In this document: positions 19,849 through 29,470 of the stretch, piece after piece | How the letters are laid out: every line of letters starts with the position of its first letter | How positions within the stretch are numbered: position 1 is the stretch's first letter | Source of the DNA: Bacteroidia bacterium | GTDB lineage: Bacteria > Bacteroidota > Bacteroidia > Bacteroidales > VadinHA17 | Length of the DNA: 60,740 nucleotides | Assembly (NCBI GenBank): GCA_026391215.1 | Contig: JAPLDX010000133.1 | Span: forward strand, 1 to 60,740 | Direction of reading: 5' to 3' | The notes under the pieces: model-generated | Databases searched by the model: none | What the model saw: only the letters and a program-made list of their open reading frames with translations | What the model was told of the DNA's origin: nothing | Position numbers and translations under genes: made by a program

Positions 19849-20415
19849 ATGGGAAAGAAAATAATGATTAATGAGGTTACAGCCTGGGATATATACTTTA
19901 AGCGAGCAAACAGGCTTAAGAAAGAATCACTGAGAGCCCATAGATCAGAGTTGTCTCCTATTAAAAGAAGACTTTATGCGAGTGATCATGAGCTTATGGG
20001 GTTAAAAAACGAATCTCAGAAATGGGATGAAAGACTTCGATGCAGGAAGGAATTGTCAGATGAAGAAGAAAAAGATTTCCAGTTTTATCTGGAAAAGAAA
20101 AGACTGTTGAAACCCATAATAATCAGACTGATAATGAGTTCTAAACAAAGTGTTATCAGTAAACTACTACATGAATTTCAAGATTATGGATTAGATATCC
20201 ATCAGCTGCTGCTCAATCATAATCCTTCATTAATGGAACGCAAGGATTATAATGCTGAGATAAACCGGCTGAAAAAAGAAATAGCATATTATAAAGAGCG
20301 CGAAACACAGCATTTTAAAATAATGGATCTTCAATATTCTGTGATGATGCAGAAAAGATGCAGCAAGGAGGACCCACTTCCGACGCATCTTAAGGTTGTA
20401 ACAATCGAAGGATAA
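19849..20415 (+). CDS. Hypothetical protein (element-borne, helical/coiled-coil)
   Basis: 188-aa ORF preceded by a TAATTTTG promoter box at 19814-19821 and 8 bp from the integrase. Confidence 0.55.
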   Translation: MGKKIMINEVTAWDIYFKRANRLKKESLRAHRSELSPIKRRLYASDHELMGLKNESQKWDERLRCRKELSDEEEKDFQFYLEKKRLLKPIIIRLIMSSKQSVISKLLHEFQDYGLDIHQLLLNHNPSLMERKDYNAEINRLKKEIAYYKERETQHFKIMDLQYSVMMQKRCSKEDPLPTHLKVVTIEG

Positions 20416-20423
20416 CTTAATTT

Positions 20424-21782
20424 ATGGCAATCAGTGTAATTTTTAAGCTCAAAGAGCCTCAGGCAGGAGTCTCTCCAGGAGACCAAAAGGAGACTCCTGT
20501 TAACCTTTTTTTCAATTATGGCTATTATGTCATTACCAGGGACGGGAAAAAGAAATACACCCCATTAAAATTCGCAACCGGTGAAAAAATAAAACCATGC
20601 TACTGGAAGGACCGGCCGGTTTACCGTGCAAAACAAGTTAAGGAAATTGATTATCAAAGCTTCAATACTATCCTGGACAATATTGAAGGCGCAGCGAAAA
20701 AGGTTTTCAGGAACGAGAGAGCTGCTAACCAGCTACCGACGCCGGATCAGCTCCGGGATCTTCTTAAAAAGGAGCTTAACCTTATTCCGGAGCTGGCAAA
20801 TCCACAAAGAGAATCTTTAAATGAATTTATTGACCGCTTTAACAAAGAAATCGAATCAGGATCGAGACAGACAAAGGGAAGAAAGAAACATAGATATACA
20901 CCCGGGACAGTAAAAAATTATAAATCTTTTAAAAACCAGTTCGACGCATATCAAAAAAGTAAAGGTACGAAGCTGGATTTTAATGATATAGATATGTCAT
21001 TCTATAACGAATTTGTTAATTATTTTACAGAAAAGAAGCAATCTCCAAATAATATTGGTAAGCAGGTCAAATGTCTTAAGGTAATTATGAGGGCTGCCCT
21101 GACAGAAACTCCTCCGCTTCATTCAAATAATGATATTAACGACAAGGATTTTGTTACCCTCAGAGAACCTGCAGAGGAAATATATCTGAATGTTTCTGAG
21201 ATTGAAAAGCTTGAAAATCTGAATCTTTCATATAATAAACACTTAGACAAAATCAGAGATGTATTTTTAATCGGAGTTTACACTGCTCAAAGATTTTCTG
21301 ATTATTCAAGGATCCGGAAAGAGAATATCAGGACCCTTCAATCAGGAACTAAAGTAATTGATCTTAAACAGCAAAAAACAAAAGAGGGAGTTATTATTCC
21401 CATAATGCCTAAACTGGATTCGATCTTAATGAAGTACAATTACAGCATTCCCCGAACCTATGATCAAAAGGTCAATAAATACATTAAAGAAATCGCGAAG
21501 GATGCCGGCATTACTGAAATGATTCCTGTTAAAAGGATCCAGGGGGGACTGGAGATTGAAAAGGACTATCCAAAATATAAGCTGATAAAAACACATACAG
21601 CCCGGAGATCCGGGGCGACTAATATGTATCTGGCCGGGATCCCGACTGTTGATATCATGAAATTGACCGGTCACCTGAATGAATCAGGGTTTTTAAAATA
21701 TATTAAAGTCGGGAAGGAAGAGACAGCTGATAATCTCTCCAAGCATCCTTATTTTAATACTCACCTTAAAGTTGCGAAGTGA
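20424..21782 (+). CDS. Tyrosine integrase (Bacteroidota arm-binding + SAM-like + catalytic domains)
   Basis: TAQRFSD (R), QQKT (K), THTARR (HxxR), TGH, FLKYI (Y). Confidence 0.93.
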   Translation: MAISVIFKLKEPQAGVSPGDQKETPVNLFFNYGYYVITRDGKKKYTPLKFATGEKIKPCYWKDRPVYRAKQVKEIDYQSFNTILDNIEGAAKKVFRNERAANQLPTPDQLRDLLKKELNLIPELANPQRESLNEFIDRFNKEIESGSRQTKGRKKHRYTPGTVKNYKSFKNQFDAYQKSKGTKLDFNDIDMSFYNEFVNYFTEKKQSPNNIGKQVKCLKVIMRAALTETPPLHSNNDINDKDFVTLREPAEEIYLNVSEIEKLENLNLSYNKHLDKIRDVFLIGVYTAQRFSDYSRIRKENIRTLQSGTKVIDLKQQKTKEGVIIPIMPKLDSILMKYNYSIPRTYDQKVNKYIKEIAKDAGITEMIPVKRIQGGLEIEKDYPKYKLIKTHTARRSGATNMYLAGIPTVDIMKLTGHLNESGFLKYIKVGKEETADNLSKHPYFNTHLKVAK

Positions 21783-22645
21783 TGAATGAACTAGAAAAAG
21801 ATGCATTTGACTGGAAGGCATTTCTTGAAAAGCTTTCTGATTTTAAGGACGAGGAGGAACAATTAATGTTTTTTTCGGAAGCCAGAGAAAAATATAAAGA
21901 AGAAATCCCGGATTTTACTAACCAGTTTTGGTCAGAGCTAAAGGATATCAGCTTTCAATGTGAAAGAGAAGAATATTACAATGAACCGGATGTTTATCAT
22001 GATGATTTCAGACAACATACATTTGAATCTAACTTTGGTATTCCACTGGGAGAGCTAGATGAGTTTACGCGATATGAGATTACAACCGAACTATATCAGA
22101 TGTTTAAATGGGCTGATAACAAGAACCATAAACATTTTATGAAAATGACAAGGCTCTGGGTTGATGGGGTTGATTTTGTAGAAACAAATACCCAGGCCTG
22201 GTCAGTCAAAGACAGATTATTCTTATTAAGGACGATTGTAAATTTTAGGGTACTTCCTGAGATTGACCTTCAGAATGATATAAAGAATTATTCGCGCTAT
22301 TGTGATGAGTTTGGGGCAGGAGGGGAAAGGTTAAGCAAATTGTTAAGTATAATTATGAACACACCCGCGACTAGTATTGAAAAGTGTTTACCACAGATGA
22401 AAAAATATCTTGATTTTAAAGGATTAGATGATTCAATTAAAAAAGAACAAGAGAGAGCTGTCGCAGGAATATGGGCGAACAGGCTTAGGAGAATAACCAA
22501 TATATTTGACAGGCTGACTGCAAGTGCTAAGTATAGTAAAAAGAGCACTGATATCAGTGCTAATTATTCAAATGCTAAAAAGTACCTTGAGAAATTAAAT
22601 GATGCTTATGAGTACTATTTTGGCCCTAACGAGAAAAAAAAATAA
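21779..22645 (+). CDS. Hypothetical protein between integrase and Xis-like gene
   Basis: 288-aa ORF overlapping the integrase stop; no motif recognised. Confidence 0.6.
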   Translation: MMNELEKDAFDWKAFLEKLSDFKDEEEQLMFFSEAREKYKEEIPDFTNQFWSELKDISFQCEREEYYNEPDVYHDDFRQHTFESNFGIPLGELDEFTRYEITTELYQMFKWADNKNHKHFMKMTRLWVDGVDFVETNTQAWSVKDRLFLLRTIVNFRVLPEIDLQNDIKNYSRYCDEFGAGGERLSKLLSIIMNTPATSIEKCLPQMKKYLDFKGLDDSIKKEQERAVAGIWANRLRRITNIFDRLTASAKYSKKSTDISANYSNAKKYLEKLNDAYEYYFGPNEKKK

Positions 22646-22715
22646 TAAAAGGTGCAACACCTATTCGTTTATTAATTGCTCATATGTGAAATTTGCATGA
22701 GTAAACTTAATATTC

Positions 22716-23006
22716 ATGCAAAACGCTGTTTTACTTGAGAATGTTACCAGGGAGGAACTGATTCGCGACATCAGGGCCCTGGTATCTGAAATAATCGATC
22801 AAAAGCTTCAGCCCGAACCTCAAAAGGATTTTCTTACTAAAAAAGAGGTTTCGGCCATGCTTCGCATTTCCCTTCCTACATTACAACGGATGACTCAGTC
22901 CGGATCCATTACAGGCTACCGGATGGGGCGTCGCATCCTGTACCGGGCCGCAGAGGTTGACAATGCCCTCAAAACCATTGAAACAATCAAATACAAGCGG
23001 AACTAA
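22716..23006 (+). CDS. Excisionase-like HTH_17 protein
   Basis: FLTKKEVSAMLRISLPTLQRMTQSG.ITGYRMGRRILY. Confidence 0.88.
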   Translation: MQNAVLLENVTREELIRDIRALVSEIIDQKLQPEPQKDFLTKKEVSAMLRISLPTLQRMTQSGSITGYRMGRRILYRAAEVDNALKTIETIKYKRN

Positions 23007-23479
23007 TGGCACACACTTACGACACCCGGACCGACAAGAGGATCCCGCTCCCTGGCAGCCGCGAATACTCAGTGAGAATCGAGTTCAAAAAAGTAGTTAA
23101 TCAGATTATATTCCCCTGCAAACTTTCTCCGTTTGAGGAAATTGGCAAAATCGACAGTACTAAAATTCAAACATTCCGGGCCCTCCTGGACACTGGATCC
23201 GTTGATATCTGTATCACAGAACAGACAGCGAAAAAGCTGCAGCTCACTTCAATTGGAACGAGAGAGAGTTTCGGATCTACCGGATCCTGTAAGAAAAACA
23301 TTTATGTAATCAACCTTCATTTACCCTGGGGAATTACTATGCCTATTGAAGTTATGGAATCTGCTGATCATGCTGATTTTGACCTGATTATCGGAATGAA
23401 CATTATTTCAAAGGGAGAGCTTTATATCATCAATTCTTGCAATAAAACAACTGTTCAATTTAAGCAACTTTTTCTATAA
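23006..23479 (+). CDS. Retropepsin-like aspartic protease
   Basis: RALLDTGS catalytic motif and DLIIGMNII C-terminal motif. Confidence 0.82.
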   Translation: MAHTYDTRTDKRIPLPGSREYSVRIEFKKVVNQIIFPCKLSPFEEIGKIDSTKIQTFRALLDTGSVDICITEQTAKKLQLTSIGTRESFGSTGSCKKNIYVINLHLPWGITMPIEVMESADHADFDLIIGMNIISKGELYIINSCNKTTVQFKQLFL

Positions 23480-23480
23480 A

Positions 23481-25040
23481 ATGGCTTACGGACTCAAATA
23501 TGAACTTTTATGCACCTCAAAGCTGGGGAATGCTTACAAGCTGAAGCTTCTGTTTGACGGGTATGAAGGATCTGAAGTTGACCGGAACGTACCTGCCTCC
23601 CCTTTTATTTTGAAAAAAGATAGCGCAGCTGTAATCAACGGCACGTCATTGCAGTTTTCGATTCGTGAAGAGGTTGATTTTGAGCTTTTAGAGTTCTATA
23701 CCGGCAACTCTAAGCACATTAAAGCTGAGTTGTATAAAAGCACAACGATGATATGGACAGGATATGTGCTTTCACAGCAGTACCAGGCTCCATATGTTCC
23801 GGCATCACGGAAGCCAGCAATCACTTTTACGGCTGCAGACGGGCTGGGGATCCTTAAAAATGAGGAGTTCACTCTTACCGGCAACAAGTCCCAGCTGGAA
23901 ATAATAATGCACTGCATTGATAAGATCGGTTTAGGCCTGGGTTACTCTATTGCCATAGATCTGTATGAGGAGCATCACAATGAAACATATTCTCCCCTGG
24001 CACAAACTTACGAAGATGCTTCTATTTATGAAGAATTCAACTGTTATGAAGTGCTGGAAAAGATGCTGGAAAAATACTACGCTGAGATATCTCAGTGTAA
24101 TTGCCGTTGGCGGATAGTATCTAAAACCGACAAGAAAAGCATTCCAAAGCTCTATACCTATGCCGGTGTTTATGAATCCGCCGGATCGACTCCGACTGTT
24201 CTTGACCTGGGATATCCTGATGTTTCAGGTACGGATGTATGGCCGATAGGATCCCTGCAGCATGGAATACAATCAGGAGGAAAGAAAGTTAAGATCAGTC
24301 ATGATTTTGGACTAAAGCCTTCGTTCCTTAGTAATTACAATTTCTTAAATTATTCAGGTAGTGCTTTTGAAAGCTGGACGAAAAGCGGCAGTTTTGATAT
24401 CTTACAGAAGTGGTTAAATGGCAAGCCGTATGCTTTTCTTGACGGGTATTCAAATGTATATACAGACTATATCCAGCAATCCATACAGCTGGTTAATACT
24501 TCCGGTGATGATTTTGTTGTGGAATTTGAATTTGCACCGATTGCCCGTGTTGTTCATGGACCCGGAGACATAACCGGCATTGTGGATACAAATGTTGAAG
24601 TGCTTGTTTATATCTGGGATGGCGGTACCGGCTACCGGTATCTTACGAAAACGGGATGGAGCACTGATTTCGGACATCTTGAAGAGGCCGTGTGTTCTTC
24701 AATATCACAACCTACCTGGAATAAATTAAGAGTATTTACATCAGAACTTCCTTTTGCCTCATGTACTTTGTTTGTGCGTTTATTCCGGCTTCATAGCAGC
24801 GGTCCGTTAGAAAACCAGACGCTTACCGGTATGGCCTATTCTAATATCTGGTGTTATCCTTTGCATTTAAACGAAAATTATCCCAGCAAAATTGAGGTTA
24901 CGGCATCATTTGATAACAGTACCGAGTCTCTAAAACTGTCCGACATAGATGTCTTTACAGCTGATGCACCTGATTATGACAATGCGGGTTTTATGTATAA
25001 AAATATCACAAAACTAAGCGACGGTACACCAACTCAGTAA
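23481..25040 (+). CDS. Siphophage tail-tip/minor tail-like structural protein
   Basis: MAYGLKYE..., WTGYV..QQYQAPY, ITFTAADGLGILK and NCYEVLEKML resemble the protein that follows the tape measure in Bacteroidota siphophages (recognition from memory, unsearched). Confidence 0.6.
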   Translation: MAYGLKYELLCTSKLGNAYKLKLLFDGYEGSEVDRNVPASPFILKKDSAAVINGTSLQFSIREEVDFELLEFYTGNSKHIKAELYKSTTMIWTGYVLSQQYQAPYVPASRKPAITFTAADGLGILKNEEFTLTGNKSQLEIIMHCIDKIGLGLGYSIAIDLYEEHHNETYSPLAQTYEDASIYEEFNCYEVLEKMLEKYYAEISQCNCRWRIVSKTDKKSIPKLYTYAGVYESAGSTPTVLDLGYPDVSGTDVWPIGSLQHGIQSGGKKVKISHDFGLKPSFLSNYNFLNYSGSAFESWTKSGSFDILQKWLNGKPYAFLDGYSNVYTDYIQQSIQLVNTSGDDFVVEFEFAPIARVVHGPGDITGIVDTNVEVLVYIWDGGTGYRYLTKTGWSTDFGHLEEAVCSSISQPTWNKLRVFTSELPFASCTLFVRLFRLHSSGPLENQTLTGMAYSNIWCYPLHLNENYPSKIEVTASFDNSTESLKLSDIDVFTADAPDYDNAGFMYKNITKLSDGTPTQ

Positions 25041-25098
25041 CATTGGAACAAGACATTAATGACATAATCACAAAAATAAAATAAAGAAAATTAACGAT

Positions 25099-25407
25099 AT
25101 GGAAACGCCCGAATATTTAACGTTACGCAATGATCAAAAGGTTCGTATTGAATTAAATATGAACTCTATAGGATCATTTACCGCTCTGACCGGGAAAGAA
25201 TTTTTTGAACTTGCTGAAGGCCCTAAGGATGTAAACTCCATACGGACACTGGCCTGGTGTGCAGTTGTAGAGGGAGAAGCCTGTGAGGGGAGTGAACTTA
25301 AAATGACAGAACTCGAATTTGGCCGGCAGATGGGCTTGAAGCAAATGAAGGACTTCTTTCAGATTTTTGGCAGGCTGGTTAGCTCTAGTGTGGAAAAAAA
25401 AAGCTAG
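25099..25407 (+). CDS. Tail assembly chaperone (gpG-like)
   Basis: ~100-aa acidic ORF ending GAA AAA AAA AGC TAG, directly upstream of the TMP. Confidence 0.75.
   Translation: METPEYLTLRNDQKVRIELNMNSIGSFTALTGKEFFELAEGPKDVNSIRTLAWCAVVEGEACEGSELKMTELEFGRQMGLKQMKDFFQIFGRLVSSSVEKKS
25393..25403 (+). other. -1 programmed frameshift slippery site (A AAA AAA)
   Basis: The -1 frame is open from the A9 run through 31 codons into the ATG at 25497. Confidence 0.75.
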
Positions 25408-25496
25408 CAGCTAGAGCAAGATCCATCGCGGCCGGAGAACAGTTAGAAGATAAGGATCACAAAGTAAAGACTAATAAAGTTATAACATACGCAGAG

Positions 25497-25829
25497 ATGA
25501 GAGAGATAGCACTTGGAAGGCTCCTGTACACGCCGGCACGTTTCGGATCAATGCTGGTCGGAGATTTCCTTGATGCTCTTTCAGGGTATATTGAAGGGGA
25601 GAACAACCGTATGCGAAGCATTGCAGAACTGATAAGAACCGCTACAACAATTCTGTGGAACAAGCAAATAGGAAAAGAAAATGTTTTACCAGCTGAACAG
25701 TTATGGAGATTTCCCTGGGATAGTGCAAATATCGAAACAGAGGAGCTGGGTGAAGAGTCTTTGAAAGAAAGAGAAAAGATCCAGGAAACACAGACTAAGT
25801 TCTTAATGGATAATTTCCCCGACACCTGA
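25497..25829 (+). CDS. Tail assembly chaperone gpT-like part (expressed as a G-T fusion)
   Basis: LLYTPARFGSMLVGDFLDALSGY..R....LWRFPWD; in the -1 frame relative to the upstream ORF. Confidence 0.7.
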   Translation: MREIALGRLLYTPARFGSMLVGDFLDALSGYIEGENNRMRSIAELIRTATTILWNKQIGKENVLPAEQLWRFPWDSANIETEELGEESLKEREKIQETQTKFLMDNFPDT

Positions 25830-25842
25830 AAAATAAAGAAAA

Positions 25843-27450
25843 ATGGGAGAAGTAATTTCAAACCTGAAAGCCCGTTTCAGTGTAGAAAACTCAGACTTTA
25901 GAAAAGGATTGTCTGAAAATGAGAGAGCTTTAAATGACCTGGATAGAAAGGTATGGAAAAGTGTTGATGCATTTAAAGCCATGTTTACCCCGCTGGCTTT
26001 ATTGGCAGGTGTGGGCGGTGCGTTTGCCCTGCTAAAGAAATCAATCAACGAGGTTGAAGGTCCGGCCGACAGGTTTGAAGCTGTAATAGGAGGCGGTAAA
26101 GAGGCTTTGTTTGAGTTTCAGAGAGCCTTGGGATCCATGGACTTCTCAAACTTTTTCCAAAACCTGGCCGAAGGTTTTGAACGTGGTAAGCAATTCACCG
26201 AAGCTTTAGACGAACTGGCCGACAAGGCTGCCTATAATGACTATAAGATTGCATCATTGACCCGGGAATCTAACGCCCTGCAGGAGATTGCAAAAGACAA
26301 AACAAAAGAGCTTAAGGTCCGGGCTGACGCTGCTGAAAAAATATTAGCGATTGAAGAAAAGATAAAGGATCGTAAAGCGGAACTGGCAAACGAGGAATAT
26401 GATATCGTTAAAAAACAATGGGAGTCGAGAAATAAAATGGAGGCAGATGAGGCTGTCAAACTCTATGAGACTATTGACAACCTTTCTGAAGATGTAAAGG
26501 CCAAACTTGATAAAGCATTCGACTGGCAAATCGGTTTGTTTGGAACCAAACAGGGCACAGAAAATATTGTAAGCGGGCAAAGTGCCGCCGGTATGTTAGC
26601 CGGCATACCCCAAGATGTAATTAAATCCTATGCTGATTATCTCAATCTTATTGATAAAGGCGAAAAGGATGTTCTGATCAAATTGTTCAACTCCGCCAAA
26701 GATTTCGAAGAAAAAATATCACAGGCCCAGGAGAGATATAACGGCATCGTGGCTCAGACAACCCGGCTCCTGCCAGCTGAAGATAAGCAACTGAACAAAA
26801 ATCTGCAAACCACAAAACAACTTAACAAGGAAAGAGAGCTGGATCTCATTAAACGAGCTTCCACAAGTAATATTCAATTACCTGACTTTAAATATGATTT
26901 ATCCGGGTTAAATGAACTTAAGCAAGTCTATATACCCTTGGTTAAAGAGCTGGGTGAAGTGGAGAAACAGATTAATGGGATCATTGAAAGAGCTGCGGAA
27001 AATATGCTTGTTGGTTTCGGGGAATGGCTTGGAGCGTTTTCGGTGGGAATGGCAGGATTCCGGGATCTTCGCCAGATGGTGGGGAATGCTTTCGGTGACA
27101 TGCTGATCCAGCTTGGCACTGTAGCAATAGAGGCGGGAGTAGGTATCAAAGCAATAAAAACGGCTTTTGAATCAATGAATCCTGCTGTCGCAATTGCTGC
27201 GGGGATCGCGTTGATTGCATTTGGAAGTGCAATCAAAAATTCAATTTCAAAGATTAATGCAGACAGAGCAGAGGCAGCAAGTGCATCTGGCTCAGGAGAA
27301 TCGAACAAATTTATTTACGATACCCGTGGTACAGGATCGGCGAGTGTTCAGCCCCAGACAATAATAATTACCGGCAAGCTGAAAGCCGAAGGCTCCGACC
27401 TGGTTTATGTTTTCAATCAGGAATCAATGCGTAGAGATATAGTTACATGA
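25843..27450 (+). CDS. Short tape measure protein (535 aa)
   Basis: N-terminal NLKARFSVENSDFRKGL, long helical Ala/Gly-rich body, hydrophobic AIAAGIALIAFG, C-terminal ITGKLKAEGSDLVYV; follows the G/GT chaperones. Confidence 0.75.
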   Translation: MGEVISNLKARFSVENSDFRKGLSENERALNDLDRKVWKSVDAFKAMFTPLALLAGVGGAFALLKKSINEVEGPADRFEAVIGGGKEALFEFQRALGSMDFSNFFQNLAEGFERGKQFTEALDELADKAAYNDYKIASLTRESNALQEIAKDKTKELKVRADAAEKILAIEEKIKDRKAELANEEYDIVKKQWESRNKMEADEAVKLYETIDNLSEDVKAKLDKAFDWQIGLFGTKQGTENIVSGQSAAGMLAGIPQDVIKSYADYLNLIDKGEKDVLIKLFNSAKDFEEKISQAQERYNGIVAQTTRLLPAEDKQLNKNLQTTKQLNKERELDLIKRASTSNIQLPDFKYDLSGLNELKQVYIPLVKELGEVEKQINGIIERAAENMLVGFGEWLGAFSVGMAGFRDLRQMVGNAFGDMLIQLGTVAIEAGVGIKAIKTAFESMNPAVAIAAGIALIAFGSAIKNSISKINADRAEAASASGSGESNKFIYDTRGTGSASVQPQTIIITGKLKAEGSDLVYVFNQESMRRDIVT

Positions 27451-27475
27451 CAACAAAAATAAAGAAGCAATTACT

Positions 27476-28279
27476 ATGAAGACAATAAAAATTTCTTTTG
27501 GTTTGAGAGGGAGCCTGCCCGCAGATGCTGAAAAGACCAGGGAAGTATCATTTATACTTTCAACTTATACCAGGGACCGTGCCGGTACAGTACTGAACCA
27601 GGCCAACTGGCAGCTGGATAATTTCCGCAAAAACCCTGTTGTGGGTTACATGCATTCACCGATTGATATACCAATTTCCGGGCCGGATCCTGACTATGTT
27701 ATTGGCCATGATCTTAACCCACATGTTGAAGGCTCAGGGAAAGAGGGTAAACTCCTGGGACTTCTGAAATTCGACCCGGTAGAAATTAACCTCCTGGCAG
27801 AAAAGATTTTAAGGAAAGTACTGTTCGGAACGCTCCGGGCTGCCTCGGTTTGTTTTTCGGAAATTGGTACCGGTAAATGGGGACAGGGCGAAGAGGCACA
27901 GGGCCGCGATAATGAGACATATTATTACAACGGTCAGGAACTGTTAGAGTGGTCCATTGTACCTATACCAAGTAACCCAGATTCTGTAAATGCAGGGAAA
28001 AGGTTTGTTAGAAATACAAGCCGTGCCGCTATTGCCTATACTCTTGATTCCCTGGGATCAAAGTTTTCCATATCTCAGATTGAAAACATGAGAATTTGCG
28101 ATGTGCTCGATCTTCTCGATGGTAAAGATCTTGGTATTAATACCAGGGACCCGCAAAAAGCCCGCAAATTGGGAGATGATCCCATTGCCAATGCCGACAT
28201 AATTGAACGAATCAGACAGGAACAATGGGAATTAAAGACAAAAATTATACGGATACGGACAGGCCTGGAAAAATTATAA
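27476..28279 (+). CDS. HK97-family prohead protease
   Basis: FILST..RDR.GTV, NFRKNPVVGYMH, LRAASVCF, ELLEWSIVPIPSNP. Confidence 0.88.
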   Translation: MKTIKISFGLRGSLPADAEKTREVSFILSTYTRDRAGTVLNQANWQLDNFRKNPVVGYMHSPIDIPISGPDPDYVIGHDLNPHVEGSGKEGKLLGLLKFDPVEINLLAEKILRKVLFGTLRAASVCFSEIGTGKWGQGEEAQGRDNETYYYNGQELLEWSIVPIPSNPDSVNAGKRFVRNTSRAAIAYTLDSLGSKFSISQIENMRICDVLDLLDGKDLGINTRDPQKARKLGDDPIANADIIERIRQEQWELKTKIIRIRTGLEKL

Positions 28280-28307
28280 ATTTTTAAATACTCAAATACT
28301 TAAAATC

Positions 28308-29420
28308 ATGAAACACAAACTCTTTATCCTGGATATCATAAACAAATCTCTAAGAGGTGAAAAATATGATATGGACGAACTTGAGCTAATGGACATTGCC
28401 AGAAGAAACCTTAATACCTGTGGCCTCTTGAAAAAGTTGCGGGATGACAAGCTAACATGTCTGATTCCATTAAACATATCAGATGGGGATGATAGATACC
28501 TGTACGGCCGCTTAAATCGTGATATCGATACGGAACAATACCTGTTAGGTCGCAAACCAATGTATGTTATCAATCCTATTACTGATGTTAGTGTTTTTGC
28601 CCTGGCGGGGGCTAAATTTTTTCAGTTAGGAATGGACGCAATTAAGATCCCATCATTCAGTAATATAATGGCCAGCTGGGTAGATGACGGGGACGAGCCT
28701 GCAGACGACGGTGATGAGATTACAATCGGAGGTGCAACCTTTGTCCCAAAACGGATATTCGTTTGCCTTGATATTCCGACTAAAATGATCCTTCAGGGAG
28801 GTCCGGAAATTGAGAAGTGGCTTGGTGATAATATAACAGCAGCTATTGCCGCTAAGGTTGATGCAACAATAGGGGGACTAACCGCATCCTCTGCCAGCAA
28901 ACCACAGGGGATGGGATATGCCATAACTACCGGTCTTGATACCAAGGAAAATGCAGTTGTACCTGATCTTGATGATCTTGTGGCCATGGAAGAAGCAGTA
29001 GCGGATCTGAGAGTTCCAATAGAGAACTTTGCCTGGATAACAAACGGTGTTGGAAGAAGGATCCTTCGAAAAACACCATATTCAGTTGATGAAAATAATT
29101 ATGCTTATCAGAAAGGCAAAGTGCTTGATGCCCCTGCCTTTTTTTCAAATCTTATTCCCGTTGGAGCCGGTGCAGACAGTAACGGTACACCGCTTTATTA
29201 CGGAAACTGGAAAGACCTTGGTATTATTCAGTTCGGTGCATATGAGATTATAGCAGATCCGTATACTCTTAAAAAGCAGAGTATAATTCAATTGAACGTA
29301 AGTACCTGGTTCGATTTTAAAGGGCTCAGGGGCAGTTCTCCGACTGATGCTAAGAACGGGACAACCCAGGATAATGATTATGCCTTCAGTTTTACCAGCA
29401 AAGCTATAAAGAGCGCGTAG
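28308..29420 (+). CDS. HK97-fold major capsid protein
   Basis: ASWVDDGDEP, TFVPKR, MILQGGPEIEKWLGDNI..AIA..VD, PQG, YGNWKDL..QFG.YEIIADPYT. Confidence 0.85.
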   Translation: MKHKLFILDIINKSLRGEKYDMDELELMDIARRNLNTCGLLKKLRDDKLTCLIPLNISDGDDRYLYGRLNRDIDTEQYLLGRKPMYVINPITDVSVFALAGAKFFQLGMDAIKIPSFSNIMASWVDDGDEPADDGDEITIGGATFVPKRIFVCLDIPTKMILQGGPEIEKWLGDNITAAIAAKVDATIGGLTASSASKPQGMGYAITTGLDTKENAVVPDLDDLVAMEEAVADLRVPIENFAWITNGVGRRILRKTPYSVDENNYAYQKGKVLDAPAFFSNLIPVGAGADSNGTPLYYGNWKDLGIIQFGAYEIIADPYTLKKQSIIQLNVSTWFDFKGLRGSSPTDAKNGTTQDNDYAFSFTSKAIKSA

Positions 29421-29470
29421 CTTAATTACGTGTACGGGTGTTAATAATCAATAATTTAAACTATAATTCA

